Part shown: positions 1 to 12,562 of the stretch, piece by piece | How the letters are laid out: each line of letters begins with the position of its first letter | Numbering within the stretch: the first letter of the stretch is position 1 | Assembly: GCF_009834535.1 (NCBI RefSeq) | Contig: NC_045705.1 | Span: forward strand, 67,208,001-67,272,000 | Direction of reading: 5' to 3' | Length of the DNA stretch: 64,000 nucleotides | Origin: Camelus ferus | Lineage: Eukaryota | Translations under genes and position numbers: made by a program | The notes under the pieces: generated by a model | The model's database searches: none | What the model saw: only the letters and a program-made list of their open reading frames with translations | What the model was told of the DNA's origin: nothing

Positions 1-3000
1 GACTGGGCTCTGCCTAGCCCATGGTGTCCCTGGGGGGAGTGGGGTGGAGGTCAGGTACCCAGCTCTGGGCCTTGTTTTCCCTTTCCCCTCCTGGGTCCTG
101 TGGGACATCCCTGGGGAGGACTGATTCCCTACTCAGGGACAGCAGGGGGAGAAGCCTTTGGAAAAACAAGAGCTAAGTCATCCAGGCAGAAAAACGGCTC
201 ATGAAATTAACCAGACGAGGCCGGTGTTTCCAGGAATATTTCAGTTCTGAGGTAACTGTGTCACTGAAGCTGGGGAGTTGGGGGGAGAGCTGAAGGATCT
301 GACTGACCGACCCATGGAGAGAACCAGAAAGAGGGAAGGAGCCTCAGAAATCCAGAGGGAGAAGAGGCGAGGAGAGGAGTAAGGGGACAGGGCTCTACCC
401 TCTGTTACAACAGCTTCCACTCTGGGCATGATGTCCCCTAGCTTAGGCAGCAAAGCCGAAAGCCGCCTGGGGCCCGAGAACACCTGTGGTTTAGCTGTAA
501 GCACTAGGACTCAGCACAACTTGCAGCTGGCCTCTGTCCCTGGGCGGGCAAGTGCGGTGGGCACCCTGGAGCCCTCGTCCATCCTCCTCCAGGCTCATGG
601 TGTGCAGGTGGAGCCGGCCACTGGGGCTGTGTCCTGGGCCCCCTCCCCCAGTCCTGGCCCCCAGCCCGCCCCCGCCCCAGCTCTGCCTCTGGCTGCTGCC
701 CACTGATTGTTTACATCCCGTCTTCCCCTGTGTTTATAAATCCAGCTGAGCACGTGAGGAGCTAATGAGAGCAGCTCACGTTTCCTGCTGCAGCCCCCCC
801 ACCCCCCATCCTGGCCCCTGCCCGGCCAGCCCCTAATTCCATCCAGATCCCTGGGCCCTGGGAACCGAGGCCCCCCTCATGAATGCACACACACTTACTC
901 AGCCCATGCAAGCGCAAGGCCACCCTAACATGGCTATACAGGCAGCATACCTGTGTCTGCGTGTCTTTAGCCAGCTGCCCTGCAGTCCCTGGCCTGTGTT
1001 CTCCAGTCTGACCTCACTCAAGTGAAGGTGGGGGGCTCAGCAGAGCAGATGCACCAGGTATTCAGAGGATTGGTGGCTAAGAACTATCAGCCAAAAGTGT
1101 GGGAGCCAGGGAGTCATCGCAGAGCTCTGGAGGTGTTGGGCTAAATGTGGGAGCCAGAGAAAAGGCCTCACCCTCCAGGCAGACCAGAACCAGCATCCTG
1201 GTAACCTTGGAGGGGTCTGTTGAGGAGAACTGGGGGGATGAAGTGGTTTAGGGGATGGAGGGTCCACTGTGGTATGAGATCCAGGAAACGGCCCTCGTAG
1301 GGGGCACCTCCCAACCCCTTTCCTAGGGAAAGGCCCAGAGAAGGAGCCCATCTTTCCTTGTCCTCTGGGCTGGCTGCCCTCCCCTCTTTTCTCTCTTTCC
1401 TTTCCGTTCTCTCCTTGGTTCCCTATCCTAGCCCCAGGCAACTGAGAAGTGGCTTAGTGAGTGGGTACACATGGGCCCAGAAGTCAGGCGTCACTTTGCC
1501 ACCAACCCTTCAGGTGACTGGGCTTGTGTGAAGGGGCTGCACTATGCAAGCTAAAGTTTCTCTCAGCCCAATCCTGTGGGTTCCTCCTCTGCTGTCCTCT
1601 TCAGCAGCCCCCTCCCTGCCCTTCTCTTCCAGCCAAAATGGCAGAAGAAGAAACTGAGGCCCAGGGAAAGAAGCAGATGGGTAGGCCAGTCTCCTAGCCT
1701 TGTAAAGTCAATTCGGACCCAGGAGTTGGGCTTTTATCCAAGTGAGAGGGTTCTGGATTGTGCGGTAAGAGGACCCTGGGTGTGCTCCAGGAGGGGGCGG
1801 GGTAAAGCCAGGCAGCTGGGCAGCCAGCAAAAAAGGGGGAGGCCTGAGGGGGTGCAAAATGAAGGAAATAGTCCGGCAGTTGTGTGGGTGTGCTTAAAAG
1901 GGTGTTATCCAGAGGGTATGGGAGGGGCTCAGAGGGAGCATGCGGGAGCCAGGGTGTGAATAGGCAGGTGGGATTGTGGGGAGGAATGTGAAGTGTCACT
2001 GATAGAGTAGCTGGTACGGAGGGGTGGTGTGCAGAAGTGTGAACGGGCGGGAGCTTAGGGCTCTGTGAGGTGGGAAGAGGGAGCCATTTCACTAGTTGTG
2101 AGGAGAGACTTCTGGGGCCGCTGGGTGACAGTTGCTGCCATTGTTGCCTGATGTCCATTTCCTCCCCTGATTGAGTGCCTAGCTCCGGGGCAGCGAGGGT
2201 GTTGGAGCCAGTGCGGGGGAGCGGGTCTGATCTGTCAGGGAAACATATCCTTGCGTCCTACGGGAGGGGCAGCTGTGTGCTCGCGAGCCAGGGAGGGAGT
2301 CTGTCGGGACAGTGACAACAGGGAGATGTCAGCTAGTATGGGTCCGGGTCAGAGAGCCTGACAGAGGAGTGTGTCCCGTGCCCCCCACCCACAGCCTCTT
2401 TGCAGGGCTCGGACTACTCCTGCCAAACAGGACCTCCAGCCTCCCCTCCCCTCCTGGCAGCCCCCTCCTACCCCAGCGGGGAGGGCCAGGCCGGGCGCAG
2501 GAGGAAACAGGGACGCGTCCTCTGGGATTGGGAGTCTGTGGGGAGGGCTTCTGGAGCGCTGTGTGGAGTTGCTGGGAAGGAAGGTGGGGAGAGCAGGGAT
2601 GAGGGGACTCCATCGAGGCCCGGGGGACTTGGGCTTTCCCTCGACGGGCTCGGCCCGAGAACTGTGCGGCCGCGGCCGCTCCATGGTCCTCCCCGCTCGG
2701 CGGTGACCTCTCGCTCCCGTCCCCCTCCCCGCGGTGGCGGCGCCTTCCCCCTGTGTGGCCCCGGCGCCCCCGGCCCCGCCCCCGGGCCGCTCCCGCCCGG
2801 TCGCTCCCTTCCCGGCGGCGGGGGCGGGGGCGGGGTCCGGGGCGCCGCGCTCCGGACTCTGCCGGGCCGCTGCCCTTTCCCGCGCGTCGACTCCCTGCCC
2901 TGCCCGCCCGCCCGGGGGCCGCCAGGGCCCAGCTGCCGCTGCCTCCGCTCCCCGGCCGGTGACAGACTTTCCTGCCCGGTCCGGCTGGGCTGCGCCCGCC

Positions 3001-3082
3001 CTCCGCACTAATCACTCCCAGGCCATGGCGGGCCGGCCAGGGGGGCTCGCTGCCGCCGCCCGCCAAGCCGCCCGGCCCCTAC

Positions 3083-3113
3083 CTGCCGCCGGCTCCCCGG
3101 CCGCAGGCAGCAT
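3083..3113 (-). CDS. CLCF1: Candidate alternative first coding exon of CLCF1 (MLPAAGEPAA + G)
   Basis: Minus strand gcccacc-ATG CTG CCT GCG GCC GGG GAG CCG GCG GCA G|gtaggg. It is 31 nt, phase 1, the same phase as canonical exon 1. No transcript evidence available. Confidence 0.5.
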
Positions 3114-3769
3114 GGTGGGCTCCTGCCGCGCGGCGCGCAGCAAGAAAGCCGCGAGTCCCGCGGCCCGGCCCGGCCCGGCCAGGCTCAGCTCTGCCCTCCG
3201 CCCTCCCCACTCCTCTCGCCCGCCCTCCTTCCCGCCCTCTCCTCCCGGCGGGCCGAGGAGGGAGAGCGGCGCGGCCCGAGGTGTCGGCCTCCCCTCGCCT
3301 CCCGCCGGTCCGGCCTTGGGCTCCCCCGTGCCTCCCTCCCGCCCTCTTCCTCTCCCGGCCCGCTCCTCCCCGCGTGCCGAGTCTCCCTTTCGCAGCCCTG
3401 CTCCCGCCTCGGACTCACTCTCCCCGACTTTTGCGCGGGGCTCTGTCCCTCCGGGATCCCCAGGACCCCACCCCGCCGGGCTCCAGGTTGCCGCCCCCCC
3501 CCCCGGGTCCGCGAGTAGCCCGGGCTCCCAGCCGCGCTCCCGTCCACCTCCTGGTCCCGCCGAGCGGGCTCCAGGAATGCCGCGTCCCCGCCCGGCCCCT
3601 CTCGAGGGCGCCCAGCCGTGCCTCCGCCGGCTCGAGCCCCGCTGGCGGGGGCAGCGCCCGGCTCCCCGGCCCGGCCCCGACTCGGGACTCCCCGGGGGAA
3701 GCACGGGAACCGGATCTCGCGGCTCCTAGGTGGGGGCGGGGGCCGGGGCCTCGGACGCCTGGCTCCTAC

Positions 3770-3785
3770 CTGCTCGGAGGTCCAT
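3770..3785 (-). CDS. CLCF1: Cardiotrophin-like cytokine factor 1, coding part of exon 1 (MDLRA+G); remaining exons lie left of the window
   Basis: Minus strand ATG GAC CTC CGA GCA G|gtagga matches the recalled CLCF1 N-terminus MDLRAG; synteny upstream of RAD9A. Bases 1-3769 are intron 1. Confidence 0.85.
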
Positions 3786-3800
3786 GGGGCTGGGGGCCGG

Positions 3801-4069
3801 NNNNNNNNNNNNNNNNNNNNNNNNNNNNNNNNNNNNNNNNNNNNNNNNNNNNNNNNNNNNNNNNNNNNNNNNNNNNNNNNNNNNNNNNNNNNNNNNNNNN
3901 NNNNNNNNNNNNNNNNNNNNNNNNNNNNNNNNNNNNNNNNNNNNNNNNNNNNNNNNNNNNNNNNNNNNNNNNNNNNNNNNNNNNNNNNNNNNNNNNNNNN
4001 NNNNNNNNNNNNNNNNNNNNNNNNNNNNNNNNNNNNNNNNNNNNNNNNNNNNNNNNNNNNNNNNNNNNN
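3801..4069. other. Assembly gap (269 N) hiding the CLCF1 5' UTR and TSS
   Basis: Run of N. Confidence 0.99.
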
Positions 4070-5380
4070 CCACAACACCGAGGGGGGGTGGGGTGAGGTG
4101 AGGCGAGGCTGCGGCGGTACCACCCTGGGCCTCCTGGGGGAGGGGGCGGGGAGGGCATCAGTCCGTCTGCAAACTCCCAAGAGCTAGGGGAGTGAGCTGC
4201 CCGCTCCTTTTCTTCTCCCTCGATGTCGGCCTGGGGCGCCTGCCCCCTCCTGCCCGGCGGGTCCCGGCACTCACCCTACCTCTGCCTCCACATCTCCAAC
4301 CTTCCCTCCCTCCGCCTCCCCCTGAGTAAATGCAATGACACATTCTCCCAAATGCCAGCGAGCTGGCTTCGGAGCAAGTGATGGTGTTTTTCCTGCTGCC
4401 CTTTGTCTGGGCTGACCGCCCCCCTTGCCTATTGTCCTGCCGCCTGTCCCATTTCCAAAAGCTGAGGCTAAGCGAGGCGCCGGGGGCTGGGGCAGGTGAC
4501 TAACCGGCTCACAATGCCCCCTGGGGGGCAGGAAGAGGGCACCACAGGCCCACTGCCCAGCGCAGAGGAAAGAAAAGGGCGCTTGGCTGAGGGTTTTTCC
4601 CTGAAGTTCACAGGGTTCTTCGTTCTTCTTCGCAGTGGCCAGGAGAGTGCTCATGGGTGGGGGATTTGTAATTCATTAATCAGCAAGAGGCACCGGACCA
4701 GTTTCAACACCAGAGGCTTCAGGGGTGACTCAGCGAGACCGACCGCTTGGATTCAGGCGATGGACAGACCAAGAGTCCCCATTTGTGAAATGCTTCCCCA
4801 TGAAGACATTTGGCTATCTCCTGCCTTTGGGGTTCGGGTTGTGGGTTTTTTCCAGTGATGGGGTAGGGGTGATTTGGCCCGGGACTGCTCTCCCTCCTTC
4901 CTTCCCTCAGGCCTGGGCTGGGACTTGCTGGGCGGGATCCCTAGGGGACCCATAAGCCTGGACCCTCCCTGGAGGGTCTCCCTCCCTCTACAGAGGGCTG
5001 CCAAGGAGAGTGCAGAGGAAACAGCTCTCATCTGGCGATGTGTGGCTTTTCTTGGGGGACAGTCAGCTGGGGGACAAGGCTTGAGTGCTCTAGAACCAGA
5101 TCACCAATTAAATCCCTTGGTAATAAGTTGCTTTTGTTGTTGTTCATTTGCTCTTTCAAAGAGGGAGAGGCGCTGGTGGGCCAGACCTGGAAGGTGATTC
5201 CTCTCTGCAAGAGCATCAGAGTGCGCTCACCACTCCCACTGTGGTGCCCCCAGAGAAAGAAGGGCACCCTGCCAGCCCTGCCACAGCCCCTCCAGCCCTC
5301 GGGTCAGAGCAGGCAGCGTGGGCATGACCAGCGCTGGCTTCCCAGGGCAGCTCTTCCCTCTTCTGCACTCCGAGAACTGA

Positions 5381-5646
5381 NNNNNNNNNNNNNNNNNNNN
5401 NNNNNNNNNNNNNNNNNNNNNNNNNNNNNNNNNNNNNNNNNNNNNNNNNNNNNNNNNNNNNNNNNNNNNNNNNNNNNNNNNNNNNNNNNNNNNNNNNNNN
5501 NNNNNNNNNNNNNNNNNNNNNNNNNNNNNNNNNNNNNNNNNNNNNNNNNNNNNNNNNNNNNNNNNNNNNNNNNNNNNNNNNNNNNNNNNNNNNNNNNNNN
5601 NNNNNNNNNNNNNNNNNNNNNNNNNNNNNNNNNNNNNNNNNNNNNN
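5381..5646. other. Assembly gap (266 N)
   Basis: Run of N. Confidence 0.99.
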
Positions 5647-8059
5647 GCTGGGAAAAGAGACCTGGTCTGGGGTTGGGGGCAGGGGATCTTCTGGGGCATC
5701 AGGAGCAGCTCTGATGAAACCTGCTTTGGAGGGGCCCTTTGGAAAAGTGCTCAGGGGGCCTCCCTCCCCCCCTCCCCCAGCCAGAGCGCTGGAGTTTCAA
5801 TGACATTCTTGTACGGTGAGCCCGACGATCTTTTGATGCCCGTGCCAAGGTCAAGGAGGCAGATGCCCAGTGGATGACTGGCACTGAGGCTGGCCAGGAG
5901 GTCCCCTAGCAGCCACCCTTTCAGAGGGAGTGAGCCACGGAAGGGAGGGACGAGGGAGAGGGGGCAGCTTAAGTCCTTCTCCCCCGGTTTGTAGCCTGCT
6001 CCTTGTGGAGAGCGTCTGCACAGACAATGTGGTTTGGATTTGGCTGAGCCCCCTCAGCACCTTATAAAGCACCTTGCTGAGTCAGGGAGAAAGCAGCCCC
6101 AACGCAGGGGAGGAGGAGGGGGCCGGGAGAGGACGGGGAAAGAGAGAGAGGGGAGCTGAAGGAGGAGGGTGGGGGCCCAGGGAAAAGGAGGGAGAAAGAA
6201 GGGATGGGGCAGGAAAGAGGAGACACAAAGAGGCAAATAAATGGGTGGGAGTGGGAAGGAGGGGAGGAGGCAGGAACTGAGGGAAGAAGAGGAACAGACT
6301 GCGGTGGAAGGGGGGGAAGGGGACCATGCCCCCCCCCCACAGCAAATGTTCACCTCGGGAGTCTAGAAAGCATTGGTCTCCAGGAACCAAAAGCTGGAGC
6401 TCTAAAATGAGGACCCAGGCCAGGTGGATGCAGGAACAGCTGGCTTCCCACACTGCCCCCAGGCTTGATGCCCTGACCCCAGAAGCTGGGAAGTCCTGTT
6501 CTCCCTCTGACTCTTGTCTGGACTTACATCCCTGCCCTCTCCCTTCACCCAGGGAGAGGGGGCAAGCCTCTCCCCTCCCTCACCTTCCCCACTGCCAAAG
6601 GGAAAATCAGCGCCACCTTCAAGCTGCCAGTGCCCCTCTGCCACGTCTGGGCAAAGGCAGCAGGCTAGGAGCTGCCAGTTGGGTTGGGGTGGGGGCTGGA
6701 ATAAGACTGTGGCTTTATTCTGCCAAATCCTGAAGGAGGTGGGCTGTTGGGAATTGGGGGGAGAAGGAAGAATGGAGAGGCAGAGCAGGATTAGCCCCTC
6801 CTGGGTTCCTGTCAGGTGGCGGGGCACAGGTGGTGACCCTCTGATTTCCATCTGGGGACCTTGGGAAAGTTCTTGCTCCCCTGTGGCTCTCAGAAAGGGA
6901 TGTTTGTTAGGGGCCCTCACAATCTGGGATTGCTGGTGGGGGAGACACCGGCCCCCTGAGCCCCAGATCCATCTGCCCCATGGTGGGCTGGTGTGCTGTA
7001 TGGAGTTTCCTGAGCCCCTGCTGGGTGCCAGGTCTTGCAAACAACAGAGAGGCAAGGACAACCCACCCCTGCCTTCAAGAATTTTACAGTCTTGTGATGA
7101 AGGACACTCATTAAATTGAGATCAGAGGATGGGGAGGGAAGGAGAGCTCTGGGCGGAGGTGAAGCTTCTGGGTGGAAGTGTGGCTGGATGGCAGGAGGGG
7201 CAGTGGCAACCAGAGATAGGAGCCCCGAGGTGGCACTGGGCATAGGTCACGTGGCTGCCTGCAGTGGGCAGAGGGCCAGGCTGGGAGTCAGGAGGCTGGG
7301 CTTACAGCTGGCCAGCATGACCCTGGGACAAGCCCATCACTTGGGTTATGACTGCTTCTGCCTCCCTCCCCACAGGATGGTGGGAGTATCAGTGAGAAGA
7401 TGAAGAGGATACTGCTCTGATGCCCTCTCCGGCCTTCTAGACTTCAGCCCTTACCATCTGTGGGTTGGGAGATGGGGTAGCAGATCAGGCCCAGAGGATG
7501 TATCTGGGTGGGGGGCAAGGCTGGCACCAAGAGATGACTGAACTACCCTCCAAGGGGTTGGGGATGAGTCAATGTTGGCTCAGGGATGGGCCAGGGGCCC
7601 GCCCCTCCTTCCTCCCTTCCTTCCTCCCCCCATAACTGGCATCCCCAGGGAAGGCTCTCTGTATGCCCAAAAGACACCATGTCCCACACAGCTGCAGAAT
7701 TGGCATTGAAGGCCCCCTGGTCCCTGGGGTGTCCTTGGATTCCTGGACTACGGAAGCCTCTGGTCCAGTCCCCTCCTGGTGGGTGAGCAGGCGTGTGGTG
7801 TCAGAGAAGCCCACACAGGTAAGTAAGGACATTCACTCATCCTTTTATTCACCAAACATTCCTTGAGTACCTGCCTGAATACCAGTGCCAGGAACACAGA
7901 GAGGAGCCTAAAGAGGCCTTGGGGCCAAGGGGTGAAGGCTGAGCTGCGTGCAGGCAGGAGTCTGCCCCGGAGACCCCACCACCCTGCTGCAGTGCCTGGC
8001 GTTTCTTGGTGACACGCTACTGCTTTGGGTCTCTTAGGCTTAAGTTATGACAAGCATTT

Positions 8060-8240
8060 AAACATATTGAGCTCTCACCAAGAGTCAGGTCCTGCACTAA
8101 GGCTTTATGTGAATGATTGCACTCTATTCTTTCAAAACCATAGAAAATGAGAACTGCTCTTTCCCCATTTTATATGCAAGGCAACTGAGGCTTGGTAAGA
8201 TGGAGTCATATGTCTAAGATCACACCCGGGGGCAGAACCA
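8060..8240 (-). mobile_element. MIR SINE relic
   Basis: ccccattttatatgcaaggcaactgaggc...aagatcacac resembles the MIR core; boundaries approximate. Confidence 0.6.
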
Positions 8241-9569
8241 GGACTATCTACCTTCAGCACCATGCCCTCTTGAGATGCCCTCCCACCTGGCGCAGGTGCA
8301 CACGTGGAGGGCACTGAGGCAGGGACTCTTGAAAAGAGGCTGGATGCAGAGACACTGGGACTTGCTGAGCAATAACCCCCCGCACCCCCCTCCCCCAACT
8401 AGGAGGTTTCTAACTTGGGGCACTCCTGGTCTCTTCAGGACTCTAGCATGTTCCTTGGGACAGATTCCCCTGTGAGCGCCTAGAGTAGGAGACCTGGGCT
8501 CTCCCACCCACAACCTTCCACCCACCCCTGACACAAAGTGACTGTGAGATGCTGGGCCAGGCACCACACACAGCCCTCCTGGGTCAGTGACAGGCGCCAC
8601 CCCTGGAGCACTCTAGTCCCCTCAGCTGGAATGGCAGATTCCATGAGCAGAGCAGCAAGTCTGAATACCGCCATGAGCTCCGAACTAGGAGTTAGAAGGC
8701 CACCTCCCACCCAACCAGGTCGAGGGCTTCCCTGTGCTTCCTGAGGGCCCAAGTATGTGGCATGCAAATCCAGGCCCCCTGGGATCTACAGCCTGGCAGG
8801 AGGTGGGGGGGGGGCACCTCCTCTACACCACCGCGTGCACACAGTGCAGGCACAGGGGCCACCGGGGGCAGAAGGGAGAAGAAAGGCGGACGTGGTGAGC
8901 ACTTTCCCTTTTCCTCCAGGGGCAGGAGCCCAGAGGGCCCTGCTTCACCAAGAGCTGGCCATGATGTCAGCGGAAACCCCAGGGCCATGGGCCTCCTCCT
9001 ACCTCAGGAACAGCCCTGCCCTGCCTTGCACTCCCAACCCACACCTGGACCAGCTCGGGCCTCTGGGAGAACACCGCGTCCCACTGCCCCTGCCTCCCAG
9101 TAGCTGAGAGGAACCAGGTCCTGCTGTCTGCCTCTCCCCTGCCATACCTGGGCTCTCTCTCCACTGCAAGGATGTCAGGGCGATGGGTGTGTGAGGAGGG
9201 CAGGGGCAGAAGGGATACCCCCAGGGGCTTCACTCCTCCCTAGTCAGCCAGGAGCTCTCCCCGCCGTTCCCCAGGATGTTCCATTACCCTGGCCAACCCA
9301 CGCCGCGGGCTCTGTGACTCTGTCTCCCCTGGCAGAGGAGTGGGGTTACCTCTCCCTGGGCTGGAAGATCCTTATCCTGCCCTGCTGAGTCACTGCCTGC
9401 TCCTCCCGCTCTGTCCCCTCCCTCCCCACTGCCTTCCTCCTTCGGGCTCCTCGGGCTTTCTCCAGACCATCTGGGTTCTCCAGGGGCCCCAGGGGTCAGA
9501 GGACAGACAGCGGCTCCTACGTGGGGCTGCTGGAGACTGAATGAGTGAGGGTGCTGCTCCACCTTCACT

Positions 9570-9720
9570 GGCTGTGTGACCTTGGGCAAGTCAGTTGACC
9601 CCTCTACACCTTGGTTTTCTCTTGCATCAACAGGGACGATGACACTGGGACCTTCTTCAGAATAAGGGAAGATGGAGTTAGCACAAGTCAACTCTCTGGC
9701 GCTTAACACATGATAATGTT
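9570..9720 (+). mobile_element. MIR SINE relic
   Basis: ggctgtgtgaccttgggcaagtca...ttttctcttgcatc resembles the MIR core. Confidence 0.6.
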
Positions 9721-11719
9721 AAATATTACTGTTATCCACCCTTCATGCCCTGTCCTCCCACCTCTGCTAATGATGCCCCCGTGTAAGCCCCCGAGTCTCC
9801 TCGCCTACACCTTCTCTCTTCTTTCCATTCTGCCTTCTTCCTGAGGCCTGTCCCCACCAGCCCCACGCTGAATCCCCATGCCGGGCACACATACAAAACT
9901 CTAGAGTTCTAGGGTTGGGCCCCAGCTCAACTTTCCTCTAGTGAGAAATGATCCTGAGCCTTTGCCTTGGCATCCCAGACAGCCTCCTCAGAGGGGGTTC
10001 AGTGTGTAAAAGGGGGCTGCGCTTGGGGCAGGGGGAGCTGACCGACCCTGGCTGTGCCAGGGGCCAGCCCCATTCTGTCTGTGAGACGTGGGAGCTTGGG
10101 TTGTGAGGAGCTCATCCCTTGCCGGCCCCCACAGGCGTCTTTCTGAAGCCCACCCCGTGACCTCCCACAGAGCACTCTGAGCACACATCAGGTCCAGCCG
10201 TTGACCCCTGCAAAATTTGCTCAGTGAAACAGGGAGTAAGGAGCTTGGAAAGGTGGGAGAAGGGAGAGAAGGGAGAGGTCAGAGGATTGGGAAGGCGACC
10301 TTGCGAGCGGCTGTGGAGAAGCCAAGCAGCCAGAGTGGGAACAGCACCTGGCCTGGAACTGGTTCCTGGGATGAGGAGGAGCTGGCACTCAGGCCCATAG
10401 GGCCCAGTCACCCCGCAGGGCTCTCTGGAGCACCTCCTGTATGTGCCCTGTGGAGTGGCAGGGCCTACTGAGACCTGCAGACTGCCTGCCTACCCCAGGG
10501 CTTGGGGCTGCGGGCACAGAGGGCAAGATGGCTGCACAGCCGCCCTGCTCTTAGCGGCCTCCTCCCTGCCCTGCCCCCATTTCCCTGAAGGCTCCCCTCC
10601 TCCACCTGCCCTGCAGTAAGCCCATCTCGGCCAGGGAGGACACCTCCTCGGCCCCCTCTCTCCTTGGGCCCCTACCCGGTGTTGAGCCCTGAGCTGGGAC
10701 CCTTGGGTGCTTGCCTGCCCTCTGAGGCAGAACAGGGAAGCTTCTGTTCTGGAAGCTGGGACTGGACGCGGTGTCTGTCTCCCTCTGCTGGTCCCTTAGG
10801 GGACAGCCGGGCCTGGCTGCTCTCCCCAGACCTGGCAGTGCCCACGTCTCCCCGAAGAGTGGATGGCAAGCACTGGGGGCAGTGAGGAAAGGGCCTGGGG
10901 ACTCCAGGCTGTAGGAACACTGACACTGCTTCCTGGGCCCTGGTGGCGTGAAGCCTGCCTCCAGCAGGGTCCCGGAGGGGTAGTCTTAGGGAGGCCAGGT
11001 CGCCTCCCCGATGCCTTCCCCATGGGCCAGCAGGCCCCAAATAGCCTCCTTCCCCTTCTAACCCATGAATGGAGCTGTCATCCACAGATTTATCTAAACC
11101 TTTTGTGCAGCTATTTATACTTCCAGCCGAGACCACATCTTGGGGTAATGAGTTCCATCGGTGTCCTCCCCTGCTGGGTGAAGTGCGCTGCCTTTGATTT
11201 GTCCTAAACTTACCTCACTTGCACTCCAAGGGGGCCCTGTAACTCCAGCCTGCCAGGTTTTGGTGAACAAGCCTGAGCTTCCCCCTTCCCGTCTGTGGGT
11301 TTAAAAAATTCCACCCCGTCTCCCCTCGACCCCCAGCCCTGGTCCCTCATCTGTGCCTGGAGCTGGCGTTGTGGGCGCAGTGGCTGCCTCGTGACAGCCT
11401 CCAGCAGCCAGCAGAGACAGCAGGGGCTCACACCCTCCTCACAAGGCAGAGGGCACCGAGGGCCCAAGGGGCAGCACCCAGCCCCCCCACGCACCTATTC
11501 CCTGGGCCGACTTCTGTCCCCACCCTAATTCTCTGAGTATTTCCAGTTCCTGGCCTCCAGATCATCCCTCTGTGATGTTTCTGCGTGGGAACTTCCCTCC
11601 CGCATTCCTGCTGTGGACTCACCCTGGCCTCGTCTGTGCTGATGATTGATTTTGTCCCTGGTCCTGACCAGAGAATCCCCTAGAAACTGGAGGGTACACT
11701 CCAGAGATGGTGGGGACAG

Positions 11720-11945
11720 CACACAGCAATAACAACAACAGTGACACGGACGATGTGTGCTAAGAGCTTTACGAACGCTGGTTATGTTAATCCTCACCAC
11801 CGCCCTCTGAGGTCAGGACTGTTATCCCTCCTCCCTCAATTTAGATGAGGAAACTGAGGCGCAGGGAATATAAGCAATGCATCCATTTGCACACTGCCTG
11901 AGAGTGATGGAGCCAGGATTCAGACCTGGGCAGCCTGGTGCCTAG
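11720..11945 (-). mobile_element. MIR SINE relic
   Basis: ttaatcctcaccacc...tttagatgaggaaactgaggc...ggagccaggattcagacctgggc. Confidence 0.7.
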
Positions 11946-12546
11946 AACCCCCTTGTCCACCTCGACAGACAACCCAGGCTCAAGTCTTGGAATCTTTCTG
12001 AATCCTAAACCCTTCGGTCATCCAACATGTTTTATTAAACCACTGCCATGTGCCAAGCCTTTTCTGGTTGCTGGGAGAAAAGCCGGGGAACAAGAAAGGC
12101 CTGGGCAGGGCTTGCCTGTGGGGCTGAAAGCACCCAGTGTGCCACAAATGCATTATACCGCCCCACCAGCTCAGTACCCCAGCAACTCAGAGCTCCTCTG
12201 CCCACTTGGTAACCCCAGAGTAACCGTGCAAATCTCATCCGTGTGTGTGCACAGCCCAGCAGACGCCATCAGAGCCGTGGCAGTCACTCCCCCTCATCTG
12301 TCTCTCTCCAGTCGAGCAGAAGCCCACGAGGGCAGGGATTTTTGTCCTGGGCTCTCTTTCCCACGCTTAGAAAGTGTCTAACGTGTGTCAAATGAATGAA
12401 TTACTGAGCTCTGAGGATTCTGCCATGTCAAACCTAAAAAATTGGATGAGAAGTGACAGTTGAAGGGAGGAAGAAGTTTCCAGTCAGATAATTATTTTAA
12501 AAATTTGAAATGATAACCACCTCCCTCTATTCCGTATCCACCCACA

Positions 12547-12562
12547 ACACACACACACACAC
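12547..12562. repeat. (AC)8 microsatellite
   Basis: acacacacacacacac. Confidence 0.9.

Larger units (their letters stand above)
2640..3800. promoter_or_regulatory. CpG island over CLCF1 first exon(s) and start of intron 1
   Basis: Very high GC and CpG density with many GC boxes; boundaries approximate; the right edge runs into an N-gap. Confidence 0.8.

Noticed and set aside
228-236. STAT GAS palindrome TTCCAGGAA in CLCF1 intron 1
   Set aside because: TTCnnnGAA is expected about 15 times by chance in 64 kb; there is no supporting context.
2312-4187. Many overlapping 200-330 aa ORFs on both strands
   Set aside because: Pro/Gly/Arg/Ala-rich products of a stop-poor CpG island, some spanning N-gaps; no recognisable domain.
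6100-6330. Long purine-rich tract (possible H-DNA)
   Set aside because: No clear mirror symmetry; ordinary low-complexity sequence.
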